DNA of 46,040 nucleotides from the IMG/VR virus record IMGVR_UViG_3300042863_000142, positions 1 through 46,040 of that record; one strand, 5' to 3'. The notes beneath the pieces are model-generated. The model was not told the DNA's origin, did no database searches, and saw nothing but the letters and a program-made list of their open reading frames with translations. This document shows, one piece after another, positions 18,031-27,720 of the stretch (its first letter is position 1; each line of letters begins with the position of its first letter). Source of the stretch: a virus (Duplodnaviria; Caudoviricetes). A program made the position numbers and the translations under genes.

Positions 18031-18884
18031 CGGGAGTAGTTGCGCTTTTTGCGTCTTCGAAAAAGCGTTTTATTACCGCAACTGGCGGTACTGTTACTAC
18101 GTATTTGGCAGGCGGAGTTACCTATCAAGTTCACACATTCACCGGATCGGGCACTTTTACGGTTCTTGAAACTGGGGGCGTAGAAAACACCCTTGAATAC
18201 TTGGTTGTTGCAGGCGGCGGTGGCGGTGGCGGAAGTGGCGGTGGCGGCGGCGGGGCTGGCGGCATGTTAACTGGAACAACATCAGTAACCCTCGGAGATT
18301 ACACGGTTGTTGTTGGCGCTGGAGGAGCGGTAGCCACCAGAGGAGATACCTCTTCTGCCTTTAGTATTGCACCCACTGGCGGCGGCTTGGGTAGCGGCAC
18401 GGGCAACGGGGGGAGTGGTGGCTCCGGTGGCGGCGGTTACGGCAACACGAACGGAACTGGCGGTGCAGGCATCTCTGGACAAGGGCGTAACGGTGGCAAC
18501 GGCAGGGTTGTATCTGGCGATTTTCTTAGTGGCGGTGGTGGCGGCGGCGCAGGCGCTGTTGGTGGTAACGCCGGTACAGGCGGTGGTGGCGCTGGCGGGG
18601 CTGGCCTTTCAAACTCACTTCGCACTGGCACTGGTGAGTTTTATGCTGGCGGCGGTGGCGGCTCCGGTGGTTCGGCGTTTAGTTTGCCCTCTACGGACCC
18701 CGGAGGTGTTGGGGGGAATGGTGGAGGTGGTCGTGGCGGAGGATCGCAGGGTGTGTCCGTTGCTGGAACGGCGAACACTGGCGGCGGCGGTGGTGGTATG
18801 AGCTACAACCCAAACAGCCCCACCCCAAGAGATGCAAAGCCCGGCGGCTCTGGCATCGTTGTCCTTCGATATAGGATTGCGTAA
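18027..18884 (+). CDS. Glycine-rich adhesin-like protein (one domain)
   Basis: ATG 18027 overlaps the upstream stop; ATGG..HTFT..EYLVVAGGGGG...GSGIVVLRY. Confidence 0.8.
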   Translation: MTGVVALFASSKKRFITATGGTVTTYLAGGVTYQVHTFTGSGTFTVLETGGVENTLEYLVVAGGGGGGGSGGGGGGAGGMLTGTTSVTLGDYTVVVGAGGAVATRGDTSSAFSIAPTGGGLGSGTGNGGSGGSGGGGYGNTNGTGGAGISGQGRNGGNGRVVSGDFLSGGGGGGAGAVGGNAGTGGGGAGGAGLSNSLRTGTGEFYAGGGGGSGGSAFSLPSTDPGGVGGNGGGGRGGGSQGVSVAGTANTGGGGGGMSYNPNSPTPRDAKPGGSGIVVLRYRIA

Positions 18885-19246
18885 TGGCACATTTTGCACA
18901 GATCAACGAACAAGGCGCGGTGCTGACAGTCATCGTGGTCAAAAACAGCGACATCTTGGATGAGAATGGCCAAGAGTCAGAAGCCATTGGCAAGCAGTTT
19001 TGCACAAGCCTGCTCGGCGGCGAGTGGGTGCAGACCAGCTACAACGGCAATATGCGCAAGCAGTACGCCAGCATCGGCGGCAGCTACGATGTAGCAAACG
19101 ATGTGTTCATTGCGCCCAAGCCATACGCAAGCTGGGCACTAGACGAGAACTTTGACTGGCAAGCGCCAGTGCCTTCACCCGGCGGCGACTACGTCTGGGA
19201 CGAGGATAATCAGCAGTGGGTGCAAGTGCCCACGGAGGAACCATAA
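18884..19246 (+). CDS. Tail fibre accessory/chaperone-like protein
   Basis: MAHFAQI...WVQTSYN...WQAPVP..WDE pattern; follows the Gly-rich gene. Confidence 0.7.
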   Translation: MAHFAQINEQGAVLTVIVVKNSDILDENGQESEAIGKQFCTSLLGGEWVQTSYNGNMRKQYASIGGSYDVANDVFIAPKPYASWALDENFDWQAPVPSPGGDYVWDEDNQQWVQVPTEEP

Positions 19247-19803
19247 TGGCAAACGGAACATTGGCTGCAAGCCAGATTGAGATGCTGTCCCAAAGCGGGA
19301 CGGGTATCACGACCGTCGTCCCCCCAGCGACCAACATCGACCGGACACTGACGCTGCCTGATGTCACTGGCACGCTCTCGACCAACGGCCCTGCATTCTT
19401 TGCAAACGGTGCAACCAGCGCATCACTGACTTCTGGCACCAACACCAAGGTCGCCGCATTTTCGTCCGAGGTGTTTGACACCAACAGCAACTTCGACACA
19501 GCCACCAGCCGCTTCACACCAACGGTTGAAGGGTACTACCAAATCTCGGCGTCTGTTCGCTCGGATACATCGTTGACGGTTCTTCACGCAAGCGTCTACA
19601 AAAACGCAACAATTTACGCTGCTGGTAGCTTTACAAGCCTTTCGGCGGGAGTGACAAACAAGGCATCCACCGTTTCCGCACTTGTTTATTTGAACGGGTC
19701 TACCGACTACGTTGAGATTTACGCCTTTGTGTCTGGTACCGCAACAACGAGCACCTCTGCTGGTCAGACTTGGTTTTCTGGTGTTTTGGTAAGGGGAGCA
19801 TGA
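19246..19803 (+). CDS. C1q/TNF-like domain fibre protein
   Basis: PAFFA...FDTNSNFD..RFTPTVEGYYQIS...LVYLNGSTDYVEIY...FSGVLV; TAATG coupling. Confidence 0.75.
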   Translation: MANGTLAASQIEMLSQSGTGITTVVPPATNIDRTLTLPDVTGTLSTNGPAFFANGATSASLTSGTNTKVAAFSSEVFDTNSNFDTATSRFTPTVEGYYQISASVRSDTSLTVLHASVYKNATIYAAGSFTSLSAGVTNKASTVSALVYLNGSTDYVEIYAFVSGTATTSTSAGQTWFSGVLVRGA

Positions 19804-20006
19804 TGACACTCTACGAACAGATTATGGCAATCTACCCCGAGTTGACGATTGACGACTTTATGAGCGTCATTGCGTTGCAGAACGATGTTGATGGTCGCGG
19901 TGACTACATTGCCAAATGGGAGCACCCCGCCTACCCACGTCCGACTGAGGAGCAACTGCTTCCCGCAGAAGACCAAATCGGGCAAAATACACCCATTCAG
20001 GAGTAA
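19800..20006 (+). CDS. XkdW-like small tail accessory protein
   Basis: LQNDVDGRGDYIAKW...PRPTEEQL; GGAG RBS before ATG 19800/19803. Confidence 0.65.
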   Translation: MMTLYEQIMAIYPELTIDDFMSVIALQNDVDGRGDYIAKWEHPAYPRPTEEQLLPAEDQIGQNTPIQE

Positions 20007-20009
20007 CCG

Positions 20010-20837
20010 ATGCCATCAACCTTTTCACCAAATTTACGGATCGAGCTGATCGGCAACGGCGACCAAGCCGGCACTTGGGGCTCGACCACCAACACCAACC
20101 TCGGCACGCTCATCGAAGACGCAATCTCGGGCTACGAGACGGTGTCGGTGACCACGGCCAACCAAGCCTTTGTCTACGCCGACGGCGCATCGGATCAGGC
20201 ACGAAACGCCATGATTGCACTGTCTACTACGACCGGTGCCAACTTCAGCGTTTACGCGCCTCCTAGCCCCAAGCAGTACGTCATCAACAACACCAGTGCG
20301 TTCACTGCCACGATCTACAACTCCACGGTTGCAGGTAACACGACGGCTGCTGGTACGGGCGTAGCCATTGCTGCTGGCAAAAAGATGGTGGTGTTTAGCG
20401 ATGGCACAAACTTCATCACAATCTACGCAGCTACGGCTGGCTTGGCGGATGAAGCCACTGCACTGACCACCACGCTGCCAATCAACAAAGGCGGCACAAA
20501 CGCCATCACAGCGGCGGCGGCCAGAACCAATCTGGGCGTTTACACGGTACCGCCTGTAAGCACCACGGGCGTATACACATTGTTGGCCACCGATGTTGGG
20601 CAGTCTGTCCAAGCTGATGCCAACGTCACGGTGCCTCCAGCGGTGTTCAGTGCTGGTGACGTAGTGGTGATTTACAACAACTCGGCCGGCTCCATCTCAG
20701 TGCTGCGCGGCGCGGGTGTAACGATGTACTGGGTTGGTGGTGTAAACGGCGACCGAGCGTTGAGTGCTCGGGGTCTGGCCACGATACTCTGCGTGGCGTC
20801 CAACGTCTTTGTCATCACCGGTCAAGGTCTCGCATAA
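20010..20837 (+). CDS. Tail fibre protein
   Basis: MPSTFSPNLRIEL...GTWGSTTNTN anchor, LPINKGGT fibre motif, C-terminal domain paralogous to 17602-18030. Confidence 0.78.
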   Translation: MPSTFSPNLRIELIGNGDQAGTWGSTTNTNLGTLIEDAISGYETVSVTTANQAFVYADGASDQARNAMIALSTTTGANFSVYAPPSPKQYVINNTSAFTATIYNSTVAGNTTAAGTGVAIAAGKKMVVFSDGTNFITIYAATAGLADEATALTTTLPINKGGTNAITAAAARTNLGVYTVPPVSTTGVYTLLATDVGQSVQADANVTVPPAVFSAGDVVVIYNNSAGSISVLRGAGVTMYWVGGVNGDRALSARGLATILCVASNVFVITGQGLA

Positions 20838-22471
20838 TGAGCGGCGTCCTGTCTGTCCTTGCCGGGGCTATTGGCCAAGGCTTTCGTCCCATGTCCGCCA
20901 CGGGCGGCACGATCACGGACATTACAGTATCCGGCGTCCCTTACCGTGTTCACACATTTACTTCCGGGGGCACGTTTACGGTCACGAGCTTGGGTGACTC
21001 TTCTGGAACCATTGAATACCTAGTGGTTGGCGCTGGTGGCGGAGGCGGCAACAAAGACGGCACCGGTCGCGGACTTGGCGGCGGCGGTGGCGGCGGTCAA
21101 GTGATTACTGGGAACAGTTTGGTTTCAGTAACAGGGTACAGTGTTGTGGTTGGCAGCGGTGGCGGTGTTGCAACCGCTGGAGCAGCTAGTTCCGCGTTTG
21201 GTGCTTCTGCTGCAGGAGGTAGCGGCGGCAGAACTCCAACTTCAGATGCTCCCGGCGGTTCTGGAGGCGCGAGTGGTTCAGGCAACTCCGGTGGAAGCGG
21301 GTCCACATGGACAGGTTCTGGTTTTACACACGGCTCAGGTGGCGGCGGCGGTGGCAATTCCGCAAACGGAACTTCTTCTACCGGACGCCCCGGCGGCAAT
21401 GGCGGTAACGGCTCTACGTCAACGATACAAACAGGATCGGCCATTTACTATGGCGGCGGCGGAGGCGGTGGCGAAGCACAAGACGCTGGTGGTGTTGGTG
21501 GAAATGGCGGCTTGGGCGGCGGCGGTTCAACTCAGATTAACGGCCCAAACAATCCGGGCACAGCCAACACGGGTGGCGGCGGTTCTGGTTCATCGTACGC
21601 ATCAGGAAATGCAGGCTCTGGCGGCTCTGGCATTGTTGTGGTGCGGTATCCCCTTGTGCGTCTTGGCCTAATTGCCACTGGTGGCACGACTACCACATAC
21701 ACCTCTGGCGGATTCCTTTACCAATCCCACACATTTACCTCCAGCAGCGACTTCAGCGTGGTTGAGCTGGGCTCCCTTGGCGGCGCGGTTGACTACCTTG
21801 TGGTTGCTGGTGGCGGTGGTGGCGGTGGTCGAGGGGGTGGTGGTGGTGCTGGCGGCATGCTCACAGGAGCTACTACGGTCACGCCATTCACCTACCCGGT
21901 GGTCATTGGCTCCGGCGGGCTTGGCGCCATACAAGGCGTTCGAGACTCCGCAAACGGTGGTAACTCATCGGCCCTTAGCATCACAGCCACAGGCGGCGGT
22001 GGTGGCGGAAACTACAACGGGATTGCTGGTAAGGCTGGCGGTTCCGGTGGTGGCGGTGGCGGTGAAAACTCTAGCTCTGGCGGCGCAGGCGTCTCTGGCC
22101 AAGGCTTTAACGGCGGCGGAAACCCAAGTGGTAGCGCTTCCGGTGGTGGCGGCGGCGGCAAAGGTGCTGTTGGCGGTAACTCTGCCCTCGGCGGTAACGG
22201 CATTGCTGGTAACGGCGGTGCTGGTGCCGCTAACGCACTCCGTACTGGGTCAAACATCACATACGCAGGTGGCGGCGGCGGTGCAGGTATTGCAGGCGGA
22301 ACTCTGGGCTCGGGTGGTGCTGGTGGCGGCGGCGCAGGCGGCAACCCCGGCGTAAGTGGTACAGCCAACACGGGTGGTGGCGGCGGTTCTGGTGGATCGT
22401 CTGGCGGCGTCTGGTCCAATGCTGGTGACGGCGGCTCGGGTATCGTCGTAATTCGTTATCGTATTGCTTAA
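20837..22471 (+). CDS. Glycine-rich adhesin-like protein (two tandem domains)
   Basis: Two ATGG..HTFT..YLVV.GGGGG...GSGIVV.RY units. Confidence 0.8.
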   Translation: MSGVLSVLAGAIGQGFRPMSATGGTITDITVSGVPYRVHTFTSGGTFTVTSLGDSSGTIEYLVVGAGGGGGNKDGTGRGLGGGGGGGQVITGNSLVSVTGYSVVVGSGGGVATAGAASSAFGASAAGGSGGRTPTSDAPGGSGGASGSGNSGGSGSTWTGSGFTHGSGGGGGGNSANGTSSTGRPGGNGGNGSTSTIQTGSAIYYGGGGGGGEAQDAGGVGGNGGLGGGGSTQINGPNNPGTANTGGGGSGSSYASGNAGSGGSGIVVVRYPLVRLGLIATGGTTTTYTSGGFLYQSHTFTSSSDFSVVELGSLGGAVDYLVVAGGGGGGGRGGGGGAGGMLTGATTVTPFTYPVVIGSGGLGAIQGVRDSANGGNSSALSITATGGGGGGNYNGIAGKAGGSGGGGGGENSSSGGAGVSGQGFNGGGNPSGSASGGGGGGKGAVGGNSALGGNGIAGNGGAGAANALRTGSNITYAGGGGGAGIAGGTLGSGGAGGGGAGGNPGVSGTANTGGGGGSGGSSGGVWSNAGDGGSGIVVIRYRIA

Positions 22472-22491
22472 TTTTTCAACAGGAGAAAAAA

Positions 22492-22956
22492 ATGAAACGA
22501 TTGATTTTGGCCACTGCTGTGGCCCTCACCTTGACGGCTTGCGCTACAAACCAAGACGCCTACTACAACGCCATCGCTGCTCGTGAAGCACGACAGGCCG
22601 AGCAAGAACTCCGTGCCGACACTGCCATTGCGCAGATGGCCGCATCCGGTGACGCACAGGCCAAGGGCATGGCGTTGATGCACTTTGCGATGAAAGCCAA
22701 CAGTGTGAAGCAGAACCAGCAAGCCATTGCCGCACCCAAGTCCACTGCAGAGGCTTTGCTGCCGTGGGCCGCGCTGATCGTGCCAAGCATCACGCAGTTC
22801 TACTCGATCACCAAAAATGCTGAGATTGCCATCAACTCCAGCAACAATGCTTTGACTGGCAAGCTGGCCGACAATGACATGATTGTTGATCTGGTGCATG
22901 ACCGCATCACTCCAATTGTCGGCACTTCTGACGACGTGCTGCTGTACCCACGATGA
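22492..22956 (+). CDS. Lipoprotein of unknown function
   Basis: Signal peptide with lipobox LTAC; AGGAG RBS. Confidence 0.78.
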   Translation: MKRLILATAVALTLTACATNQDAYYNAIAAREARQAEQELRADTAIAQMAASGDAQAKGMALMHFAMKANSVKQNQQAIAAPKSTAEALLPWAALIVPSITQFYSITKNAEIAINSSNNALTGKLADNDMIVDLVHDRITPIVGTSDDVLLYPR

Positions 22957-23417
22957 TCTTCCCTACGCCCTACTTGTTGGCTGGTGCGCTGGCTGTGGGG
23001 CTACTCACTGGCTGGACGGCCAATGGGTGGCGTTTAAACGCTAAGATCGACGAGATGGTGCTGGAGCACACGCAGGCCGTTCAGGTGGCCACGCAGAAAG
23101 CTCTGGACGAAACAACACGGATGCAAAGGGAGAAAGACAATGCAGTTGCACAAGCCCAAGCCCAAGCGAAGTCCAATGCTGCCGCTGCTGATTCTGCTCG
23201 CGCTGAGCGTGACGGGCTGCGCGACGACCTCGCTGCCAGTCGTACCACCTTCGCCGACTCTACCCACACCTCCCTTGCCGCTTACGCCGACACCCTCTCA
23301 GTCGTATTCGAGCAGTGCACAAAAGAATATTCAGACATGGCGGCAAAGGCTGACGGCCACGCCCTTGACACAACAACCCTCTTCACAGCTTGGAAAGCCG
23401 TGATCAAGAAGGACTGA
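22953..23417 (+). CDS. Inner-membrane spanin (Rz-like)
   Basis: N-terminal TM segment ending GWTANGWRL, then an Ala-rich coiled coil; hosts a nested lipoprotein gene. Confidence 0.8.
   Translation: MIFPTPYLLAGALAVGLLTGWTANGWRLNAKIDEMVLEHTQAVQVATQKALDETTRMQREKDNAVAQAQAQAKSNAAAADSARAERDGLRDDLAASRTTFADSTHTSLAAYADTLSVVFEQCTKEYSDMAAKADGHALDTTTLFTAWKAVIKKD
23140..23403 (+). CDS. Outer-membrane spanin (Rz1-like), nested in the +1 frame
   Basis: GGGAG RBS, basic N-region, hydrophobic stretch, lipobox VTGC, Pro-rich mature part. Alternative start at the second Met. Confidence 0.8.
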   Translation: MQLHKPKPKRSPMLPLLILLALSVTGCATTSLPVVPPSPTLPTPPLPLTPTPSQSYSSSAQKNIQTWRQRLTATPLTQQPSSQLGKP

Positions 23418-23420
23418 GCC

Positions 23421-23867
23421 ATGTTGCTGGAGCTTGCAGCCGCCAATGCGGCCTTCGCGGTCATCAAAGAGGCGGTGCAGCACTCCGGCGACATCATGGC
23501 CGCAGGCGATGCGCTGTTTAAATACTTTGACAGCAAAGCAGAACTCCAGAGAAAAGCCAACGAAAAGGGTGGCTCAAAGGGCAGTGACCTTGAAGAGTTC
23601 ATGGCGCTTGAAAAACTCAAGCAGCAAGAGGAAGAACTCAAGCAGATGATGATCTACGCTGGTCGCGGTGGCATGTGGGACGACTGGTTGGCGTTTCAGG
23701 TGAAGGTCAAGAAAAAGCGTGAAGCGGACAAGCGCCAGAAAGTGCTCGATCGTCAGCGCCTCATTGGCCGGATCAAAGACGTGGCCATGATCATTTTAAT
23801 CATTGTGCTGCTGGGAGGTCTCGGGATCATCATTGGCGCAGCAGTTTGGCTTGCGAGGGACAAATGA
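23421..23867 (+). CDS. Membrane-anchored hypothetical protein
   Basis: Coiled coil plus a long C-terminal hydrophobic helix; AAGGA RBS. Confidence 0.75.
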   Translation: MLLELAAANAAFAVIKEAVQHSGDIMAAGDALFKYFDSKAELQRKANEKGGSKGSDLEEFMALEKLKQQEEELKQMMIYAGRGGMWDDWLAFQVKVKKKREADKRQKVLDRQRLIGRIKDVAMIILIIVLLGGLGIIIGAAVWLARDK

Positions 23868-24031
23868 AAACCATCATCACAATGCTGGCCTTGGTGGCCC
23901 TTGTCGGGTGCGACGATCGCTTCCGGTATGACTGCCAAGACCCCAAGAATTTCGGCAATTCGAAATGTGAGCCCCCTGCCTGTGAGGCAACGGGAACCTG
24001 TACCAAAGACCTGCTAGGACCAACCAAATGA
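23864..24031 (+). CDS. Small Cys-rich lipoprotein
   Basis: MKTIITMLALVALVGC lipobox, four further Cys; ATGA coupling. Confidence 0.72.
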   Translation: MKTIITMLALVALVGCDDRFRYDCQDPKNFGNSKCEPPACEATGTCTKDLLGPTK

Positions 24032-24300
24032 AACCCACCTTGGACGAGAAGTTGAAGTTTGTCATCGGCGTCGGCATGACGATCACCCTGATGGGCATCG
24101 TTTTCACGGTGCTGTACTCACTCGTGTTTGTCACCCAGCCGATGGGCGGCATGGCCCCCAATGACGCACGCTTCTTCGAGTTGCTGTTCCCGATTGCCAC
24201 GTTCATCACCGGCTCGTTGGGCACCCTGTTGGCCATTAACACCGACCCGGCCAAGCCCAAGAAGCCTGAGCCAACCCCCGAACCCACAGAAGGAGTTTAA
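24028..24300 (+). CDS. Two-TM membrane protein, candidate holin
   Basis: Two hydrophobic helices and a charged tail, immediately upstream of the endolysin. Confidence 0.6.
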   Translation: MKPTLDEKLKFVIGVGMTITLMGIVFTVLYSLVFVTQPMGGMAPNDARFFELLFPIATFITGSLGTLLAINTDPAKPKKPEPTPEPTEGV

Positions 24301-24302
24301 AC

Positions 24303-24770
24303 ATGACCCAACTGACCCAGAACTTCTCCCTGCATGAGCTGACCAAGTCCGAGACCGCTGCTCGTCATGACATGGAAAACAACCCCGGCCCCGCCGAGAT
24401 TGCCAACCTGACCGAGTTGGCTGGCAAGGTACTTCAACCCATTCGGGACCACTACCAGAAGGGTGTCCACATCAACAGCGGTTTCCGGCACCCCGACGTC
24501 AACGCCAAGGTCGGTGGTTCTAAGACGTCGGATCACTGCAAAGGTCAGGCCGCAGACATCGAAATTCCCGGCGTGGCCAATGCCGATCTGGCACAGTGGG
24601 TCAAGGACAACCTCGAGTTCACCCAGCTCATCCTCGAGTTCTACACCCCCGGCATCCCTGACAGCGGTTGGGTGCATGTGAGCTACGACCCCAAGAACCT
24701 GAAGAAGCAGGTCATGACTGCCACGAAGCAGAATGGCAAAACGGTGTACTTACCCGGTCTGGTTGCGTAA
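24303..24770 (+). CDS. Endolysin, peptidase M15A family
   Basis: INSGFR...SDHCKGQAADI...WVHVSY zinc-ligand motifs. Confidence 0.9.
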   Translation: MTQLTQNFSLHELTKSETAARHDMENNPGPAEIANLTELAGKVLQPIRDHYQKGVHINSGFRHPDVNAKVGGSKTSDHCKGQAADIEIPGVANADLAQWVKDNLEFTQLILEFYTPGIPDSGWVHVSYDPKNLKKQVMTATKQNGKTVYLPGLVA

Positions 24771-24796
24771 AATCCAAGCAATCTGAAGGATTTGCC

Positions 24797-27031
24797 ATGA
24801 CTCTGAAAGCGCTCAAATTTCGACCCGGTGTGAATCGGGAGAACACGACCTTGACCAACGAGGGGACGTGGTTCGAGTCGGACAAGGTGCGCTTCAGGTC
24901 TGGCAGCCCCGAGAAGATCGGCGGCTGGGAAAAGGACTCCGGCACTCAGGCGTCTGGCCTTATGCCTCCAACCGGTTCGTACTGGGGTGTGGCAAGGGCC
25001 CTGTGGAACTGGGCCAACCTGTCAGGCTACAACCTGCTGGCCGTGGGCACCAATCTGAAATACTACATCCAGAACACGGTTGGCGGTGCTTTTAACGACG
25101 TCACACCGTTGCGAGAAACCACCGCTGCCGGCGAGGCTACCTTCGCTGCCACCACTGGATCAAACATCATCACGGTGACGGACACCGGGTCTGTTGTTCA
25201 GCAAGGCGACTTTGTGACCTTTAGTGGTGCCAAAACGCTCTCCGGCCGGCTCTCAACTGGAACAATTGCAGGTACATCCACTGGTAGCGCCACCTTCACA
25301 GCGGTAGCTCAAAGCTCAACATCTGGGGTCGGTTACGGGGCGCAGTTCACCATTACCTCTAATGGAGTTGGAGCCTATACGTTAGACGCCATTACAAACG
25401 CCGGCAATGCCTACGCAGTCTCAGACACCATTGTTATTGCCGGAGCCAGCTTGGGTGGATCAACTCCAGCCAATAACGCGACCATCACCGTTACAGCAGT
25501 CAACTCTGGAAACATTACGGCCGCTGTGCTCAACAAAGAGCATCAGGTGGCCACCGTTACTAGCTCGTCTGTTTACACCATTGTGGTCGGAGTCAATGCC
25601 ACTGCAAACGACACGGGTAACGGCGGCTCATCTACCGTGGCCGAATACCAGATAAGCACCGGCTCCGATGTTTACACCGTGGGCGTGGGCTGGGGCGCAG
25701 GCGGCTGGGGTGGCATTACGCCCGGTTACTCAAACACCGGCTGGGGCGTGGCATCTTCTGCCATTGGTGTTGACGTTCAGCTCCGCACATGGAGCCAGTC
25801 AAACTGGGGTGAGGACTTGGTTCTCAATGATCGCGGTGGCCCCATCTACTACTGGAAGAACAACGCCAACCCCACCATCTTTGACCGTGCTGTGGTTCTT
25901 TCGCCAGCCAGCTCACCCCCATTTGAAACTGATGCGTACTGCCCAGAGGTGTGCAACTACGTGCTGGTGACGGATCAGTCGCGCTTTGTGGTGGCCTACG
26001 GTGTAAACGATCCAGATGCCGCAGACCCCAACCAGCAAGACCCCATGCTGATCCGCTGGTCAGGACAAAACGATTACGCCGTGTGGGACCCCATCGACGG
26101 CGATACCACTCAAGCAGGCTTCTTCCGCCTGACCCGTGGCTCTGAAATCATCATGGCCCAGCAGACCCGTCAAGAGGTGCTGGTGTTCACGGACGCTGCG
26201 GTCTACTCACAGCAGTATCAGGGTTTACCCTTTGTGTTCAACTTCCAGCTCTTGGCTGACAACACGTCGATCGCCGGACCCAACGCCGTGGCAACGGCGC
26301 ATGACGTGACCTACTGGATGGGCGTGGACAAGTTCTACGTCTACAACGGCCGGGTTCAGACCCTGCCCAGCACGCTGCGCACCTACGTGTTCCAGAACAT
26401 CAACCTAGACCAGCAGTACCAGATCACGGCAGGCATCAACGACGCATTCAGCGAGGTGTGGTGGTTCTACTGCTCGGCCAACTCCACCACTGTGGATCGC
26501 TATGTGGTGTACAACTACCTCGAGAACGTCTGGCACTACGGCACCATGGCCCGTACAGCTTGGATTGATGCACCGCTTCGTCAGTTCCCTGTGGCTGCTG
26601 GCTACGGTGGGCAGGTCCTGTACCACGAGGTGGGCAACGATGACGGCTCGACCAACCCACCAGCGGCTATTGACTGCTTTATACAGTCGGCTGACTTCAA
26701 CTTGGAGGATGGTGACTCGTTTGGTTACGTCTGGCGCATCATCCCTGACTTGACATTTGACGGCTCCAACGCTCCGTTTCCCACGGCGCAGTTCTCGATC
26801 AAACCACGTCAGTTCCCCGGTACGAACTACGGCACGGCCAACAACCCAGACGTGCAGAGCGCCAACAACTACCTTAACCAGCGGACCTACAACGTGCAGC
26901 AGTTCACCCCGCAGGTTAACGTGCGCATCCGTGGCCGTCAGATGGCTTTACGGGTCGGCTCAAACACCACGGGCGTAAATTGGCAGCTCGGCACCCCCAC
27001 GGCTGACATCAAACCATCAGGGCGTCGCTGA
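24797..27031 (+). CDS. Tail nozzle/stabilisation protein (P22 gp10 / T7 gp12-like)
   Basis: Start at ATG 24797 behind GAAGGA. Beta-propeller-like sequence (IRWSGQ, YWMGVDKFYVYNG, EVWWFY); precedes ejection genes. Confidence 0.7.
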   Translation: MTLKALKFRPGVNRENTTLTNEGTWFESDKVRFRSGSPEKIGGWEKDSGTQASGLMPPTGSYWGVARALWNWANLSGYNLLAVGTNLKYYIQNTVGGAFNDVTPLRETTAAGEATFAATTGSNIITVTDTGSVVQQGDFVTFSGAKTLSGRLSTGTIAGTSTGSATFTAVAQSSTSGVGYGAQFTITSNGVGAYTLDAITNAGNAYAVSDTIVIAGASLGGSTPANNATITVTAVNSGNITAAVLNKEHQVATVTSSSVYTIVVGVNATANDTGNGGSSTVAEYQISTGSDVYTVGVGWGAGGWGGITPGYSNTGWGVASSAIGVDVQLRTWSQSNWGEDLVLNDRGGPIYYWKNNANPTIFDRAVVLSPASSPPFETDAYCPEVCNYVLVTDQSRFVVAYGVNDPDAADPNQQDPMLIRWSGQNDYAVWDPIDGDTTQAGFFRLTRGSEIIMAQQTRQEVLVFTDAAVYSQQYQGLPFVFNFQLLADNTSIAGPNAVATAHDVTYWMGVDKFYVYNGRVQTLPSTLRTYVFQNINLDQQYQITAGINDAFSEVWWFYCSANSTTVDRYVVYNYLENVWHYGTMARTAWIDAPLRQFPVAAGYGGQVLYHEVGNDDGSTNPPAAIDCFIQSADFNLEDGDSFGYVWRIIPDLTFDGSNAPFPTAQFSIKPRQFPGTNYGTANNPDVQSANNYLNQRTYNVQQFTPQVNVRIRGRQMALRVGSNTTGVNWQLGTPTADIKPSGRR

Positions 27032-27678
27032 TGTCCCGGCTGGACGCGCCTGTAAACCCTCGCCTACCGGACCCCAATCCGGGCACCGAGACGGCTGGCT
27101 ATCTAGCCGGCCTGCTCAACGTCTTGCGCCTGTACTTCAACCGCATCACCAACATCTTGCAGTTGTTGCTCGGGCCAAACGGGGGTGTGTATATACAGAA
27201 CCCTCATGCCATGCTGATGAGCGATCAGGACCAGAGCAACCCCAGCATCACCGGAGCCAACACCGTCTCGTACAACCAGTCCGTCATCGCGCAGGGCGTG
27301 GAGGTTCGCAGCTCGAACCAAATTTGGTTTGAGAGTTCGGGGCGGTATCTGGTGACGGCCAGACTGCAGGTGGCCAACCGTGGCGCTGCAGCGGCAGAGT
27401 TTGAAGTATGGCTGGGCTCCAGCGGCTCAAACTACCCCCTGTCCAATACCCGTTTCGACATCCCTGCCCGTAAAAGTCTCAGTGTTTGGTCGCACATTGT
27501 CCCGACCATCCCCTTCATCTTTACGGTGACCAATCCACAGACTCAATACCTGACCATCCAATGGTGGGCAGATAGCACCAACGTGGCCTTGGAAAACTAC
27601 GCTGCAGGAACCAGCCCAACCCGTCCAGAAATCCCATCGGTGATCCTGACGGTTAACTTTGTCTCACGGCTTCCCTGA
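27031..27678 (+). CDS. Hypothetical tail protein (needle/plug-like position)
   Basis: TGATG coupling; LNVLRLYFNRI helix then a beta-rich domain. Confidence 0.7.
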   Translation: MSRLDAPVNPRLPDPNPGTETAGYLAGLLNVLRLYFNRITNILQLLLGPNGGVYIQNPHAMLMSDQDQSNPSITGANTVSYNQSVIAQGVEVRSSNQIWFESSGRYLVTARLQVANRGAAAAEFEVWLGSSGSNYPLSNTRFDIPARKSLSVWSHIVPTIPFIFTVTNPQTQYLTIQWWADSTNVALENYAAGTSPTRPEIPSVILTVNFVSRLP

Positions 27679-27720
27679 AGACGTGTAAACGCATAAAATC
27701 CCCCACAAGAGGTACCTACT

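Noticed and set aside
18200-22440. GGCGGT-type tandem runs as possible CRISPR, VNTR or DGR repeats
   Set aside because: They simply encode polyglycine; there is no repeat-spacer structure, adenine-specific variant pair or reverse transcriptase.
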